Of a stretch of 64,000 bases of DNA, positions 30,341 to 44,207 are shown piece by piece. This DNA is from Gammaproteobacteria bacterium (GTDB lineage: Bacteria; Pseudomonadota; Gammaproteobacteria; Steroidobacterales; XN24): the NCBI GenBank assembly GCA_047921395.1, contig JBLRWH010000001.1, forward strand, positions 22,142 to 86,141, in the 5' to 3' direction. The notes under the pieces were generated by a model. That model was not told the DNA's origin, searched no databases, and saw only the letters and a list, made by a program, of their open reading frames with translations. Position 1 is the first letter of the stretch. Each line of letters starts with the position of its first letter. The translations under genes and the position numbers were made by a program.

Positions 30341-31513
30341 ATGAGCGTGTTCAACACCGGGCTGGGTGAAGACCTCGACCTGCTGCGGGAATCGGTACGG
30401 CGCTTCGCCGAGGAGCGGATCGCGCCGCGCGCCGCACAGATCGACGCCAGCAACGCCTTCCCGCAGGACCTCTGGCCGGAACTCGGCGCCATGGGGCTGC
30501 TCGGCATCACGGTCGGCGAGGCCTTCGGCGGCTCGGACCTCGGCTACCTGGCGCACTGCGTCGCGATGGAGGAGATCTCCCGCGCCTCGGCCTCCGTGGG
30601 CCTGTCCTACGGCGCGCACTCCAATCTCTGCGTCAACAACCTCTGGCTGAACGGCAACGAGGCGCAGCGGCAGAAATACCTGCCGAAACTCTGTTCGGGC
30701 GAGTGGGTCGGCGCGCTGGCGATGTCGGAGCCGGGCGCCGGCTCCGACGTGATCGGCGGGATGAGCTGCCGCGCGGAATTGCGCGGCGACACTTGGGTCG
30801 CGAACGGCTCCAAGATGTGGATCACGAACGGGCCGGAGGCGTCCGTGCTGCTGGTCTACATGCGCACGGCCGACCCGGCGGCCGGCTCGCACAGCATCAC
30901 GGCCTTCATCGTCGAGCAGGGCATGCCGGGCTTTCGCACCGCGCAGAAGCTGGACAAGCTCGGCATGCGCGGCTCGAACACCTGCGAGCTCGTGTTCGAG
31001 GACTGCGAAATCCCGGCGGCGAACGTGCTCGGCGAAGTCAATGGCGGCGCCCATATCCTGATGCGCGGCCTCGACTCCGAGCGCCTCGTGCTGTCGGGCG
31101 GGCCGATCGGCATCATGCAGGCCTGCATGGACGTCGTCCTGCCCTACCTGCACGAGCGGAAACAGTTCGGCCAGCCGATCGGCACCTTCGGCATCATGCA
31201 GGCCAAGGTCGCCGACATGTACACGGCGCTGCAGTCGGCGCGCGCCTTCACCTACCGGGTCGCCGGCCAGTTCGACCGCGGTGAGCCGACGCGCTTCGAC
31301 GCCGCCGCCTGCCTGCTGCTGGCGTCGAAGTCGGCGGTGGCGCTGGCGCTGGAGGCGATCCAGGCGCTCGGCGGCAACGGCTACATCAACGAATACCCCA
31401 CCGGGCGGCTGCTGCGCGACGCCAAGCTGTACGAGATCGGCGCCGGCACGAGCGAGATCCGCCGCATGCTGATCGGCCGCGAACTGTTTCGCGCCACCGG
31501 CGGCGGCGCCTGA
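30341..31513 (+). CDS. liuA: Isovaleryl-CoA dehydrogenase
   Basis: [30 protein letters not shown] (IVD-type catalytic Glu) and [13 protein letters not shown]. Confidence 0.95.
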   Translation: MSVFNTGLGEDLDLLRESVRRFAEERIAPRAAQIDASNAFPQDLWPELGAMGLLGITVGEAFGGSDLGYLAHCVAMEEISRASASVGLSYGAHSNLCVNNLWLNGNEAQRQKYLPKLCSGEWVGALAMSEPGAGSDVIGGMSCRAELRGDTWVANGSKMWITNGPEASVLLVYMRTADPAAGSHSITAFIVEQGMPGFRTAQKLDKLGMRGSNTCELVFEDCEIPAANVLGEVNGGAHILMRGLDSERLVLSGGPIGIMQACMDVVLPYLHERKQFGQPIGTFGIMQAKVADMYTALQSARAFTYRVAGQFDRGEPTRFDAAACLLLASKSAVALALEAIQALGGNGYINEYPTGRLLRDAKLYEIGAGTSEIRRMLIGRELFRATGGGA

Positions 31514-31531
31514 ACACGCGAGGAGTAGACC

Positions 31532-32710
31532 ATGAGCACTGAATCCATCGTCATCGCGGCCGCGCGCCGCACCCCGATCGGCTCGTTCCAGGGCAGCCTG
31601 GAGGCCGTGCCCGCCCCGCAGCTCGGCGCGACCGCGGCGCGGGCCGCGCTGGCCGACGCCGCGCTGTCGCCGGACGAGATCTCGGAGGTCATTTTCGGCT
31701 GCGTGCTGCCGGCCGGCCTCGGCCAGGCGCCGGCGCGCCAGGCGTCGCTGGCGGCGGGCATCCCCGACTCGGTCGGCTGCACCACGCTCAACAAGGTCTG
31801 CGGCTCCGGCATGAAGGCCGTGATGTTCGGCCACGACCTCATCCGGGCCGGCTCGGCCGGGATCGTGCTCGCGGGCGGCATGGAATCCATGAGCAACGCC
31901 CCCTACCTGCTGCCGAAGGCCCGCTCGGGCTACCGCATGGGCCACCAGCAGGTGCTCGACCACATGTTCTACGACGGCCTGCAGAATCCCTACGACGGCA
32001 ACATGATGGGGCACTTCGCGGAACTGACGGCGCAGAAGTACGGCTTCACGCGCGAGGCCCAGGACGAGTTCTCGATCAGCAGCGTGCGCCGCGCCCTGGC
32101 GGCGATCGAGGGCGCCTTCGAGGCCGAGGTGACGCCGGTGACGGTGAAGACGCGGCGCGGCGAGCAGGTCGTCAGCGGGGACGAGGAGCCGGGGCGCTGC
32201 GAGATCGACAAGGTCCCGACCATGCGCCCCGCCTTCAGCAAGGACGGCACCGTCACCGCCGCGTCGTCTTCGTCGATTTCCGACGGCGCCGCCGCCCTGG
32301 TATTGATGACGGAGTCCGAAGCCCACCGGCGCGGCCTCGAGCCGCTGGCGCGGATCGTCGGCCACGGCGGCTTCGCGCACGCGCCCGAGTGGTTCACCAC
32401 GGCGCCCGTCTCGGCGATGAAGCACCTGCTGGACCGGGTCGGCTGGAACGCGGACCACGTCGACCTGTACGAAATCAACGAGGCCTTTGCGGTGGTCGCG
32501 ATGGCCGCGATTCATGATCTCGGCCTCGACCGCCACCGGGTCAACGTGAACGGCGGCGCCTGCGCGCTCGGCCACCCGATCGGCGCCACCGGGGCGCGCC
32601 TCCTCGTCACGCTCGCGCATGCGTTGCGCGCGCGCGGCCTGAAGCGCGGCGTCGCCTCCCTGTGCATCGGCGGCGGCGAGGCCACCGCCGTCGCCATCGA
32701 AGCGATCTGA
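31532..32710 (+). CDS. Acetyl-CoA C-acyltransferase (thiolase)
   Basis: [20 protein letters not shown] and LCIGGG motifs. Confidence 0.95.
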   Translation: MSTESIVIAAARRTPIGSFQGSLEAVPAPQLGATAARAALADAALSPDEISEVIFGCVLPAGLGQAPARQASLAAGIPDSVGCTTLNKVCGSGMKAVMFGHDLIRAGSAGIVLAGGMESMSNAPYLLPKARSGYRMGHQQVLDHMFYDGLQNPYDGNMMGHFAELTAQKYGFTREAQDEFSISSVRRALAAIEGAFEAEVTPVTVKTRRGEQVVSGDEEPGRCEIDKVPTMRPAFSKDGTVTAASSSSISDGAAALVLMTESEAHRRGLEPLARIVGHGGFAHAPEWFTTAPVSAMKHLLDRVGWNADHVDLYEINEAFAVVAMAAIHDLGLDRHRVNVNGGACALGHPIGATGARLLVTLAHALRARGLKRGVASLCIGGGEATAVAIEAI

Positions 32711-32714
32711 GCCG

Positions 32715-34325
32715 ATGCCGGCGCTGCCCACCGCCGTCCAGGACTCGAGCGACGCTTTCGTCGCGAACCGCCGCCACATGGAGGCGCTGGTGGCGGACCT
32801 CAGGACGCAGCTCGAGCGCGTCGCGCTCGGCGGCGGCGAGCGGGCGCGGGCGCTGCACGCGGAACGCGGCAAGCTGCTGCCCCGCGAGCGGGTGGACGCC
32901 CTGCTGGACCCGGGCAGTCCGTTCCTGGAGCTGTCGCCGCTTGCGGCGTACGGGCTGTACGAAGACCAGGCCCCGGCCGCAGGGCTCATCACCGGGATTG
33001 GCCGCGTCTCCGGCCGGGAAGTCGTGGTGGTTGCCAACGACGCGACCGTCAAGGGCGGCACCTATTTTCCGCTCACCGTGAAGAAGCACCTGCGCGCGCA
33101 GGAGGTGGCGCTCGAGAACCACCTGCCGTGCATCTACCTGGTGGATTCGGGCGGCGCCTTCCTGCCGCTGCAGGACGAGGTGTTCCCGGACCGCGATCAC
33201 TTCGGCAGGATCTTCTACAACCAGGCCCGCATGTCGGCCGCCAACATCCCGCAGATCGCCGTGGTGATGGGGTCCTGCACGGCCGGCGGCGCCTACGTCC
33301 CCGCGATGTGCGACGAGGCCATCATCGTCCGCAACCAGGGCACGATCTTCCTCGGCGGCCCGCCGCTGGTGAAGGCCGCGACCGGCGAGGAGGTCGACGC
33401 CGAGACGCTCGGCGGCGGCGACGTGCACAGCAGGATCTCCGGCGTCACGGACCACCTCGCCAACAACGACGCCCATGCGCTGGCAATTGCCCGCGAGCTG
33501 GTCGCGTCGCTGCACCGGGTCAAGCCGTCGCACGGCGAGGTCGCGGCACCCGTCGCGCCGCTCTACCCGGCCGAGGAGCTCTACGGCATCGTCCCGCAGG
33601 ACACCCGCTATCCCTACGAGGTCCGCGAGGTCATCGCGCGCCTCGTGGACGGCTCGGCGCTCACGGAGTTCAAGCCGCTGTACGGCAAGACTCTCGTCTG
33701 CGGCTTCGCGCGCATCCACGGCTACCCCGTCGGCATCCTCGCAAACAACGGCATCCTGTTCTCGGAGTCGGCCCTGAAGGGCGCGCATTTCATCCAGCTG
33801 TGCAACCGGCGCGGCGTGCCGCTGGTGTTCCTGCAGAACATCACGGGCTTCATGGTGGGGCGCAAGTACGAGCACGCCGGGATCGCGAAGGACGGCGCCA
33901 AGATGGTGAACGCCGTCGCCACCGCCACGGTGCCGAAGCTGACGGTCGTCATGGGCGGCTCCTTCGGCGCCGGCAACTACGCGATGTGCGGCCGCGCCTA
34001 CGGCGGGCGCTTTCTCTGGACGTGGCCGAACGCGCGCATCTCCGTGATGGGCGGCGAGCAGGCCGCCAGCGTGCTGGCGACGGTCCGGCGCGATGGGCTC
34101 GCGGCCCGCGGCACGGAGTGGTCCGAGGCCGACGAGGCCCGGTTCCGCGCCGAGATTCACGGCCAGTACGAGACCCAGGGCCATCCCTATTACGCGACCG
34201 CCCGGCTCTGGGACGACGGCGTCATCGATCCGGCGGACACCCGCCGGGTGCTCGGGCTCGCCCTCTCCACGGTCAGAAACGCCCCGCCGCCCGGCGAGGG
34301 CCCCTACGGCATCTTCAGGATGTAA
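32715..34325 (+). CDS. liuB: 3-methylcrotonyl-CoA carboxylase beta (carboxyltransferase) subunit
   Basis: [28 protein letters not shown] and ARLWDDG. Confidence 0.96.
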   Translation: MPALPTAVQDSSDAFVANRRHMEALVADLRTQLERVALGGGERARALHAERGKLLPRERVDALLDPGSPFLELSPLAAYGLYEDQAPAAGLITGIGRVSGREVVVVANDATVKGGTYFPLTVKKHLRAQEVALENHLPCIYLVDSGGAFLPLQDEVFPDRDHFGRIFYNQARMSAANIPQIAVVMGSCTAGGAYVPAMCDEAIIVRNQGTIFLGGPPLVKAATGEEVDAETLGGGDVHSRISGVTDHLANNDAHALAIARELVASLHRVKPSHGEVAAPVAPLYPAEELYGIVPQDTRYPYEVREVIARLVDGSALTEFKPLYGKTLVCGFARIHGYPVGILANNGILFSESALKGAHFIQLCNRRGVPLVFLQNITGFMVGRKYEHAGIAKDGAKMVNAVATATVPKLTVVMGGSFGAGNYAMCGRAYGGRFLWTWPNARISVMGGEQAASVLATVRRDGLAARGTEWSEADEARFRAEIHGQYETQGHPYYATARLWDDGVIDPADTRRVLGLALSTVRNAPPPGEGPYGIFRM

Positions 34326-34334
34326 CGCATCGCC

Positions 34335-35173
34335 ATGGCCAAGAATGTCTTGCTGGAAGTCGACCGTCGCGGCATCGCGACCCTCACGCTGAATCGCCCC
34401 GAGGTGCACAACGCCTTCGACGCCGCACTCGTGCTGCGGCTCACCGAGCTGCTCATGGAGCTGAAGGCGCGGCCGGACGTCCGGGTCGTCGTGATCACGG
34501 GCGCGGGCCGATCGTTCTCCGCCGGCGCCGATGTCAACTGGATGCGCTCGATGGCCGCCTGCGGCGAAGAAGAAAACTTCGAGGATGCGCTGCACCTTGC
34601 GGACCTGATGTCCCTGCTGAACTCGCTGCCGCTGCCGACCATCGCGCGCGTGAACGGGCATGCCTATGGCGGCGGCGTCGGGCTGATCGCCTGCTGCGAC
34701 ATCGCGCTCGCCAGCAACGAGGCGCGCTTCGCCCTCTCGGAGGTCCGCCTCGGCATCGTCCCGGCCGTGATCAGCCCCTACGTGGTGGCCGCCGTTGGCG
34801 AACGCAATGCGCGCCGCCTGTTCCTCAGCGGCGAGGCCATGAATGCCAAGCTCGCCCGCCGCGTCGGCCTGGTGCACGAGATCGCCAAGCCCAACAAGCT
34901 CGACGATGCGCTCGAGGACCAGCTGGGCATGCTGCTGAAAGGCGGACCGAATGCGCTGCGCGAGAGCAAGGCACTGGTCTTCACGGTCCAGGGCGGCGGG
35001 ATCTCCGCGGACCATGCGCTGAAGCGGCGCACGGCGCAGATCATCGCGCAGCTGCGGGTCTCCGCAGAGGGCCAGGAGGGCCTTGCGGCGTTCCTCGAGA
35101 AGCGGGCGCCGGACTGGGCGCGCCAGACGGCGCGCGCAGAGGCGCAGAGGAGCAGAGACGCAGAGGAAAGCAA

Positions 35174-35177
<4 letters not shown>
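34335..35177 (+). CDS. liuC: Methylglutaconyl-CoA hydratase (crotonase family)
   Basis: LNRPEVHNAF, FSAGAD, GGGVGL and SEVRLGIVPA; lies between liuB and liuD. Confidence 0.9.
35135..35166 (+). repeat. Tandem 4 x 8-bp repeat (C/A)GCAGAG(G/A) in the liuC 3' tail
   Basis: CGCAGAGG CGCAGAGG AGCAGAGA CGCAGAGG read directly from the sequence. Confidence 0.75.
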
Positions 35178-37183
<2,006 letters not shown>

Positions 37184-37184
37184 C

Positions 37185-38090
37185 ATGTCGTTGCCGGCCC
37201 GCGTCAGGATCGTCGAGGTCGGGCCGCGCGACGGCCTGCAGAATGAGTCCGTCACGGTACCGGCGGCGGTCAAGATCGAGCTCATCGAGCGCCTCGCGGC
37301 CGCCGGCCTGCCCGCCGTGGAGGCCACCAGCTTCGTCAGCCCGCGCTGGATCCCGCAGCTCGCGGATGCCGCCGAGGTGTTCCGCGGCCTGGCACGCACG
37401 CCCGGCGTCGCCTACCCGGTGCTGGTGCCAAACCTGCAGGGGCTCGAGCGCGCCATCGAGGCGGGCGCCGAGGAGATCGCGGTGTTCACGGCCGCCTCCG
37501 AGACCTTCAACCGGAAGAACATCAACGCCTCCATCGCCGACAGCCTGGCGCGTATCCGCGAGCTCGCCGCGCCGGCACGGGCGCGCGGGATGCGTATCCG
37601 CGGCTACATTTCATGCATGCTCGGCTGCCCCTACGAGGGCGCGGTCAGCGAAGACAAGGTCGTCGAGGTCGCGCAGGCGCTGTTCGCACTCGGCTGCTAC
37701 GAGGTGTCACTGGGCGACACCATCGGCGTCGGCACGCCCGTGGCGGCCCGGCGCGTCCTGTGGGCGGTGGCCGGCGAGTGCGGCATGGAGCGCCTCGCGG
37801 TGCATTTCCACGACACGCGCGGCCAGGCGCTGGCGAACATCTTCGCCTGCCTCGAGGCGGGCGTGAGCGTGGTCGACGCCTCCGTCGCCGGGCTGGGCGG
37901 CTGTCCCTACGCGCCGGGCGCCTCCGGCAACGTGGCGACCGAGGACCTGGTCTACCTGTTGCACGGCCTCGGCATCGAGACCGGCGTCGACCTGCGTGCG
38001 CTGGTCGCCGCGGGGCATTTCATCTGCGGGCAGCTGGGGCGCGAGCCCGGCAGCCGGCTCGGCCGGCTGCCCGAGTACCGCCCAGGCTGA
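37185..38090 (+). CDS. liuE: Hydroxymethylglutaryl-CoA lyase
   Basis: EVGPRDGLQNE, HFHDT and GLGGCPYAPGASGNVATED. Confidence 0.96.
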   Translation: MSLPARVRIVEVGPRDGLQNESVTVPAAVKIELIERLAAAGLPAVEATSFVSPRWIPQLADAAEVFRGLARTPGVAYPVLVPNLQGLERAIEAGAEEIAVFTAASETFNRKNINASIADSLARIRELAAPARARGMRIRGYISCMLGCPYEGAVSEDKVVEVAQALFALGCYEVSLGDTIGVGTPVAARRVLWAVAGECGMERLAVHFHDTRGQALANIFACLEAGVSVVDASVAGLGGCPYAPGASGNVATEDLVYLLHGLGIETGVDLRALVAAGHFICGQLGREPGSRLGRLPEYRPG

Positions 38091-38140
38091 TCACGGGCGG
38101 CCATCCAATTCAAATCCATCTACGATAAGCAGGAAACATC

Positions 38141-38908
38141 ATGGAACTCTCCAAGCTCAAAGCCGTCGTCTCCGGCGGCGCCTCCGGCCTCGGCAACGCG
38201 GTTGCCAGGCGCATCGTGGCCGAGGGCGGCCAGGTCGCCATCCTCGACGTCAACGCAACCCAGGGACAGGAGGCCGCCACCGCGCTCGGCGAGCGCGCCC
38301 GGTTCTTCCGTGCCGACGTCAGCAACGAGGCCGAGGTCAATGCGGGCGTGGACGCCGCCGCCGAGGCCTTCGGCGGGATCAACCTCGCGGTGAGCTGCGC
38401 GGGCATCCTCGGCGCGGGCCGGGTACTCGGGCGCGACGGGCCGATGGCCGGGGACTATTTCGCCAAGGTCATCATGGTGAACCTGGTGGGGACCTTCCTG
38501 CTCGCCAAGGCGGCCGCCGCGAAGATGCAGGCCAACGAGCCCAACGCCGAGGGCGAACGCGGCGTCATCGTCAACACCGCGTCCGTGGCGGCCTTCGAGG
38601 GCCAGATCGGCCAGGCGGCCTACTCCGCCTCCAAGGCGGGCGTGGCAGGCATGGCGCTGCCGCTGGCGCGCGAGTTCTCGCGCATCGGCATCCGCGTCAA
38701 CACCATCGCCCCGGGGCTGTTCCTGACGCCGATGATGGAAGGTATGCCCGAGCACATCCAGGCCTCGCTGGCTGCCCAGGTGCCGTTCCCCTCGCGCCTC
38801 GGCCGGCCGGAGGAGTACGCGGACCTGGTCGCGTACATCTGCACCAACACCATGCTCAACGCGGAAACGATCCGGCTCGACGGTGCCATCCGCATGCAGC
38901 CCAAGTAG
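38141..38908 (+). CDS. SDR 3-hydroxyacyl-CoA dehydrogenase type II (HSD10-like)
   Basis: [28 protein letters not shown] and [10 protein letters not shown]. Confidence 0.92.
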   Translation: MELSKLKAVVSGGASGLGNAVARRIVAEGGQVAILDVNATQGQEAATALGERARFFRADVSNEAEVNAGVDAAAEAFGGINLAVSCAGILGAGRVLGRDGPMAGDYFAKVIMVNLVGTFLLAKAAAAKMQANEPNAEGERGVIVNTASVAAFEGQIGQAAYSASKAGVAGMALPLAREFSRIGIRVNTIAPGLFLTPMMEGMPEHIQASLAAQVPFPSRLGRPEEYADLVAYICTNTMLNAETIRLDGAIRMQPK

Positions 38909-38920
38909 AGGCGTACCACG

Positions 38921-40312
38921 ATGAGAAAACTGCGCCGCGCTCTTGCGGCAGCGACGCTCGCGGCCCTCGCAGCCGGCTGCGCCCAGCCGGCCCGGACGCC
39001 CGATGCCGCTGCCGCCGGCGACGCCCCGGCAACCGCATTCCCGCTGCCGGTGCACTACCACACGCTCAACAACGGCCTGAAGGTCGTGCTGTCCGAAGAC
39101 ACCACCGCGCCGGTCGCCACCGTGGCGGTCTACTACCACATCGGCTTCCGCAACGAGCCGCAGGACCGCACGGGCTTTGCGCACCTGTTCGAGCACATGA
39201 TGTTCCAGGGCTCCGACAATCTCGGCAAGATGGAATTCATCAAGCTGGTGCAGAGCGCGGGCGGTTCGCTCAACGGCTCGACACGCTTCGATTTCACCAA
39301 CTACTTCCAGGTTGTCCCTGCGCACGTGGTCGAAACCGTGCTGTGGGCGGAGGCCGACCGGATGCGCAGCCTCGCGGTCACGCAGGACAACCTGGTGAAC
39401 CAGCAGGAAGTGGTGAAGAACGAGGTCAAGGTCAACGTGCTGAACCAGCCCTACGGTGGCTTTCCGTGGCTGGACATGCCGCAGTACGCCAACGAGAACT
39501 GGTTCAACGCGCACAACTTCTACGGCGATCTCGCCGACCTCGACGCCGCCACGCTCGAGGACGTGCGGGCTTTCTACCAGACCTATTACCCGCCCTCGAA
39601 TGCCGTGGTGGTGGTGGTCGGCGACATCGACCCCGAGCAGATCCTGGCCCTGGTTAAAAAGCATTTCGGCGATATCCGCACGGCGCCCAAGCCCTCGCAG
39701 CCCGACATCAGCGAGCCGAGGCAGGAAGCCGCGAAGCGCTTCAGCCGCACCGACCCGCTGGCGCCCCGGCCGGGGCTGGCATTCGCCTACCACGTGCCGC
39801 CGAGGGGCACGCCGGAGCATTACGCGATGACGCTGCTGTCGACCATCCTCGCCGGTGGCGAGGACAGCTTGCTGCATCGCAAGCTGGTCAACGAGCGCGG
39901 CTACGCCTCGGGCGTGGGCGCTGCCGTCAACATGCTCGGCAACCCCTTCAACTACGAAGGGCCGATGCTCTGGACCGGCTACCTGATCCACGACCCGGAG
40001 CACTCCGCGGACGACATCATCGCCGACATCGACAGCGTCATCGAGCAACTGCGCAGCGCCCCGGTGGACGCCGCGGTGCTGGAGCGGGCCAAGGTGCGCT
40101 TCCGCAGCGAGCATTACGACACGCTGGCGAGCGGGTTCGGCCGTGCGGATCTGCTGGCCGCCTATGCGCTGTTCGACGACAACCCGGCCGGCATTCGCGA
40201 CATCGAGGCCGGGATACTCTCGGTCACGCCCGAACTGCTGCTCGCCACGGCGCGGGAATACCTTCGCCCGACCAATCGCACGCTGCTGACACTCGAAGCG
40301 GGGGCAGAATAA
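38921..40312 (+). CDS. M16 family zinc peptidase, catalytic subunit (lipoprotein)
   Basis: Lipobox LAAGC and inverted zincin motif HLFEH. Confidence 0.9.
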   Translation: MRKLRRALAAATLAALAAGCAQPARTPDAAAAGDAPATAFPLPVHYHTLNNGLKVVLSEDTTAPVATVAVYYHIGFRNEPQDRTGFAHLFEHMMFQGSDNLGKMEFIKLVQSAGGSLNGSTRFDFTNYFQVVPAHVVETVLWAEADRMRSLAVTQDNLVNQQEVVKNEVKVNVLNQPYGGFPWLDMPQYANENWFNAHNFYGDLADLDAATLEDVRAFYQTYYPPSNAVVVVVGDIDPEQILALVKKHFGDIRTAPKPSQPDISEPRQEAAKRFSRTDPLAPRPGLAFAYHVPPRGTPEHYAMTLLSTILAGGEDSLLHRKLVNERGYASGVGAAVNMLGNPFNYEGPMLWTGYLIHDPEHSADDIIADIDSVIEQLRSAPVDAAVLERAKVRFRSEHYDTLASGFGRADLLAAYALFDDNPAGIRDIEAGILSVTPELLLATAREYLRPTNRTLLTLEAGAE

Positions 40313-41718
40313 TGGAATCCGGAATCACGGCACGCAAGGCCGTACTTGTCGGCTGCCTGGCCATGCTGGGCGTCTGCGGCGTTGCTGCGGCAGCCTCCTC
40401 CACGCCACCGCCGGGCGGCGAACCGCGCGATCTCGTGTTGTCCGACCCGGCGCGCGGCGCCCTCGACAACGGCCTGCGCTATGCATTCATCGACTTCGGC
40501 CAGGCGCCCAAGGCCACCGTGATGGTGCGGGTCCGCGCCGGGGCGCTCGACGAGCAGGGCCGCACCTGGCTCGCCTCGCTGACCGGCGACATGATGAAGG
40601 AAGGCACGCTGAACTCCAGCTCGGCCGAGCTCGCGGCGCGGGCCGCCGCGATGGGCGGCGAACTGTCGGTCAATACCGGCGAAGAGTTCACCACGGTGTC
40701 GATCGATGTCCTTGGGGAATTCGCCGCGGAAGGCGTGGCGCTGATCGCGGAGCTGCTGCGCCGCCCGTTATTCCCCGCCGCCGAACTGGACCGCGTCAAG
40801 CGCGACTACCAGCGTAACCTCGCCGTGCAGCAGAGCCAGGCGCAATCCCAGGCGCAGGCCGCCTTCCAGCGGCAGCTCTACGGCGATCACCCGTTCGGCA
40901 CGTTGTTCCCGGAACCCGCGCAGCTGGCCGGTTACACCATCGATGATGTGAAGGGCTTCCATGACGACAACTTCGGCGCGGCCCGCACCACGGTGTATGT
41001 CGGCGGACGATTCGACGCGGCAGCCGTCGAGGCGGCGCTGCGTGCAGGTTTCGGCGACTGGGCAACCGGTCCCGCAGCGCGGGTGGACATCCCGCCCCCG
41101 GCCGGCGGCATGGACATCGCGCTGATCGAGCGCCCGGGCGCGCCGCAGTCGACCCTGCGCCTCGGCCTACGCACCATCGACCCTTCGCACCCCGACTGGA
41201 CCCGCCTGGCGCTGACGAACACGCTGTTGGGCGGTTATTTCTCTTCGCGGATCATCGCCAACATCCGCGAGGACAAGGGCTACAGCTATTCTCCGCGCAG
41301 CTTGCTTTCGCCCCGCCACGGCGACGCCTACTGGGCCCAGCAGGCCGATGTCACGGCGGAGTTCACCGGCGCTTCCCTGCAGGAGATCTTCGCCGAGCTG
41401 GACCAGCTGCGCGCCGAGCCGCCGGGCGCAGCGGAGCTCTCGCGGGTGCGCAACTTCATGATCGGCAGCTTCACGCTCAGCAACGCATCGCGCTTCGGCA
41501 TTCTCGGCCAGATTGCCTTCATCGATGCGCACGAGCTGCCGCGCGAGTACCTGACGACCTACGTCGAGCGAATCGGGGCGATCACGCCAGAGCAGGTCAG
41601 GGAAACGGCACAGCGGTACCTGGTGCCGGAGCAGATGTCTCTCGTGGTCGTCGGCGACCTGGAGCAGGTGCGTCCGCAGCTCGAGGTTCTTCCGCAGCTG
41701 CAGGGTCAATTACAATAG
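40312..41718 (+). CDS. M16 family peptidase, non-catalytic partner subunit
   Basis: Signal peptide, no HxxEH, SSRIIANIREDKGYSY (R/Y pair); coupled to the upstream gene. Confidence 0.87.
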   Translation: MESGITARKAVLVGCLAMLGVCGVAAAASSTPPPGGEPRDLVLSDPARGALDNGLRYAFIDFGQAPKATVMVRVRAGALDEQGRTWLASLTGDMMKEGTLNSSSAELAARAAAMGGELSVNTGEEFTTVSIDVLGEFAAEGVALIAELLRRPLFPAAELDRVKRDYQRNLAVQQSQAQSQAQAAFQRQLYGDHPFGTLFPEPAQLAGYTIDDVKGFHDDNFGAARTTVYVGGRFDAAAVEAALRAGFGDWATGPAARVDIPPPAGGMDIALIERPGAPQSTLRLGLRTIDPSHPDWTRLALTNTLLGGYFSSRIIANIREDKGYSYSPRSLLSPRHGDAYWAQQADVTAEFTGASLQEIFAELDQLRAEPPGAAELSRVRNFMIGSFTLSNASRFGILGQIAFIDAHELPREYLTTYVERIGAITPEQVRETAQRYLVPEQMSLVVVGDLEQVRPQLEVLPQLQGQLQ

Positions 41719-41746
41719 CGGCTGAAGCCGAATGGGAACCGCATTC

Positions 41747-43408
41747 ATGAGCGAGCTGGAAAACCTCCCTGAACGCGACGTGATGGCGTACGACTACGCC
41801 ATCGTCGGCGGCGGCCCTGCGGGGCTCGCCTGCGCCATCCGTCTGAAGGAAAAGCTCCCGGACGCCAGCATCTGCCTGCTGGAAAAAGGCTCGGAGATCG
41901 GCGCGCACATCCTGTCGGGCTGTGTGATGGAGCCGGGGCCGCTGGATGAGCTGCTGCCGTCCTGGCGGGACAACCCGCCGGCCATCTGCGTGCCCGCGGG
42001 GCGCGACGAGTTCCGCCTGTTCACCCGGACGCGCTCGTTCCGCCTGCCGACGCCGCCGCAGATGCACAACGCCGGCAACTTCATCGTGGCGCTGGGTGAG
42101 CTGTGCAAGCAGCTGGCGGAGCATGCCGAGTCACTGGGCGTCGAGGTGTTCCCGGGCTTCCCGGGCCGCCACCCGCTGATCGAGGGCGAAGGCGAGCAGG
42201 CGCGCGTCATCGGAGTACGCTGCGGCGACATGGGCATGGAGGCCGACGGTACACCCGACGGCCGGCCCGGCGACAACTTCGCGCCCGGCGTCGACATCCA
42301 CGCGAAGACGACCATCCTGGCGGAGGGCTGCCGCGGCAGCCTGTCGAAGCAGCTGATCGCGCGTTTTCACCTGGACCGTGACGCCACGCCGCAGACTTAT
42401 GGGCTGGGCTTCAAGGAGCTCTGGCAACTGCCCGCGGGCCGGGCGACGCCGGGCCTCATCCAGCACAGCGTCGGCTGGCCGCTGGATAACAAGACCTACG
42501 GCGGCAGCTTCCTGTACCACCTCGACCAGGACCGCGTGTACATCGGCTACGTGGTCGGACTGGACTACGCGGACCCGCGCTTCTCACCCTTCGAGGCCTT
42601 CCAGCAGTTCAAGCATCACCCGGACATGCTCAAGCTGCTCGAGGGCGGCGAGATCATTTCCTCCGGCGCGCGCACCCTCATCGAGGGCGGCCTGCAGGCC
42701 GTGCCGCGCATGGACATGCCCGGCGCCGTGCTGATTGGCGACGCGGCGGGCACGCTGAACGTGCCGAAGATCAAGGGCGTGCATCTCGCGCTGCGCTCCG
42801 GGATGCTGGCGGCGGAGCACCTCGCGGACCAGGGCTCGCCGGCGGGCTACGACGCGGCGTTCCGCGCCTCGGCGGCCGGCCGCGAATTGCACAAGGTGCG
42901 CAACATCCGGGCCGGCTTCCACCGCGGCCTGTGGCTGGGAATGGCGAACGGCGCGCTCGAGACCGTCCTCGGTGGGCGCAGCCCGTGGACGCTGAAGACG
43001 CACGCCGACTGGGACAGCCTGGAGACGCAGGCGAACGCAACGGCGCACAGTGAGCAGGCCGCGATGGCTGCTGACTGGCTGGCCGAGCGCAGCCTGCCGC
43101 CGCGCGACCGGCTCGCCAGCGTGTACTTCGCCAACACCGCGCACGAGGAAGGCCAGCCGGTGCACCTGCGCGTGGCCGACACCTCGATCTGCGCCACGCG
43201 CTGTGCCGAGGAATACGGCAATCCCTGCACCCGCTTCTGCCCGGTCGGCGTCTACGAGATGGTGGATGACGGCGCCGGCGGCCGGCGGCTGCAGATCAAC
43301 GCCTCCAACTGCGTCCACTGCAAGGCCTGCGATATCAAGGATCCGTACCAGATCATCGACTGGGTCACGCCCGAGGGCGGCAGCGGGCCCAACTACCAGA
43401 CACTGTGA
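41747..43408 (+). CDS. Electron transfer flavoprotein-ubiquinone oxidoreductase
   Basis: GGGPAG FAD motif, GAHILSG, C-terminal FCPVGVYE...NCVHCKACDIKDP Fe-S motif; start at 41732 or 41747. Confidence 0.95.
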   Translation: MSELENLPERDVMAYDYAIVGGGPAGLACAIRLKEKLPDASICLLEKGSEIGAHILSGCVMEPGPLDELLPSWRDNPPAICVPAGRDEFRLFTRTRSFRLPTPPQMHNAGNFIVALGELCKQLAEHAESLGVEVFPGFPGRHPLIEGEGEQARVIGVRCGDMGMEADGTPDGRPGDNFAPGVDIHAKTTILAEGCRGSLSKQLIARFHLDRDATPQTYGLGFKELWQLPAGRATPGLIQHSVGWPLDNKTYGGSFLYHLDQDRVYIGYVVGLDYADPRFSPFEAFQQFKHHPDMLKLLEGGEIISSGARTLIEGGLQAVPRMDMPGAVLIGDAAGTLNVPKIKGVHLALRSGMLAAEHLADQGSPAGYDAAFRASAAGRELHKVRNIRAGFHRGLWLGMANGALETVLGGRSPWTLKTHADWDSLETQANATAHSEQAAMAADWLAERSLPPRDRLASVYFANTAHEEGQPVHLRVADTSICATRCAEEYGNPCTRFCPVGVYEMVDDGAGGRRLQINASNCVHCKACDIKDPYQIIDWVTPEGGSGPNYQTL

Positions 43409-43457
43409 TACCCCCGTTCCGGCGCCAGCCCGGCGCCGGCAAAGACAAGGAGACGAG

Positions 43458-44207
43458 ATGAGAATTCTGGTCGGCATCAAGCGCGTCATCGACTACAACG
43501 TCCGGGTCCAGGTGAACCGCGACGGCACGGGCGTCGTCAAGGACGGCGTCAAGATGAGCATCAATCCCTTCGACGAGATCGCGATCGAGGAAGCGCTGCG
43601 CATGAAGGAGCGCGGCGACGCCTCCGAGGTGATCGTGGTCTCGATCGGCCCGGACGCCGCGCAGCAGCAGCTGCGCACCGCCCTCGCGATGGGCGCCGAC
43701 CGCGCCATCCTCTACCTGGCCGACGAGGAGATCCAGCCGCTCGCCGCGGCGCGTGCGCTGCTCGCACTCGCCAAGGAAATCGATCCGGGCCTCGTGCTGC
43801 TCGGCAAGCAGGCCATCGACGACGACTCGAACCAGGTGGGCCAGATGCTGGCCGCGCTGTGGGACCGGCCGCAGGCCACCTTCGTGTCCCGGCTGGAGTT
43901 CACCGACGGCAAGGCAAAGGCCACCCGCGAAGTCGATGCCGGCCTGGAGAACATCGAGGTCGACCTGCCGGCGGTCATCACCGTGGACCTGCGCCTCAAC
44001 GAGCCGCGCTTTGTGAAGATGCCCGACATCATGAAGGCCAAGCGCAAGCCGCTCGACGTGAAGCCTTTTGCCGAGCTTGGGGTGGAGATGCCGCCGCAGC
44101 TCGAGACGGGGCTGCATGCGCCGCCGCCCAAGCGGCAGGGCGGGACGAAAGTGGATTCGGTCGCAGCGCTGGTCAAGGCGCTGCAGGACAAGGGAGTGCT
44201 GTCATGA
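43458..44207 (+). CDS. etfB: Electron transfer flavoprotein beta subunit
   Basis: MRILVGIKRVID, SINPFDEIA, GKQAIDDD and LNEPRF. Confidence 0.96.
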   Translation: MRILVGIKRVIDYNVRVQVNRDGTGVVKDGVKMSINPFDEIAIEEALRMKERGDASEVIVVSIGPDAAQQQLRTALAMGADRAILYLADEEIQPLAAARALLALAKEIDPGLVLLGKQAIDDDSNQVGQMLAALWDRPQATFVSRLEFTDGKAKATREVDAGLENIEVDLPAVITVDLRLNEPRFVKMPDIMKAKRKPLDVKPFAELGVEMPPQLETGLHAPPPKRQGGTKVDSVAALVKALQDKGVLS

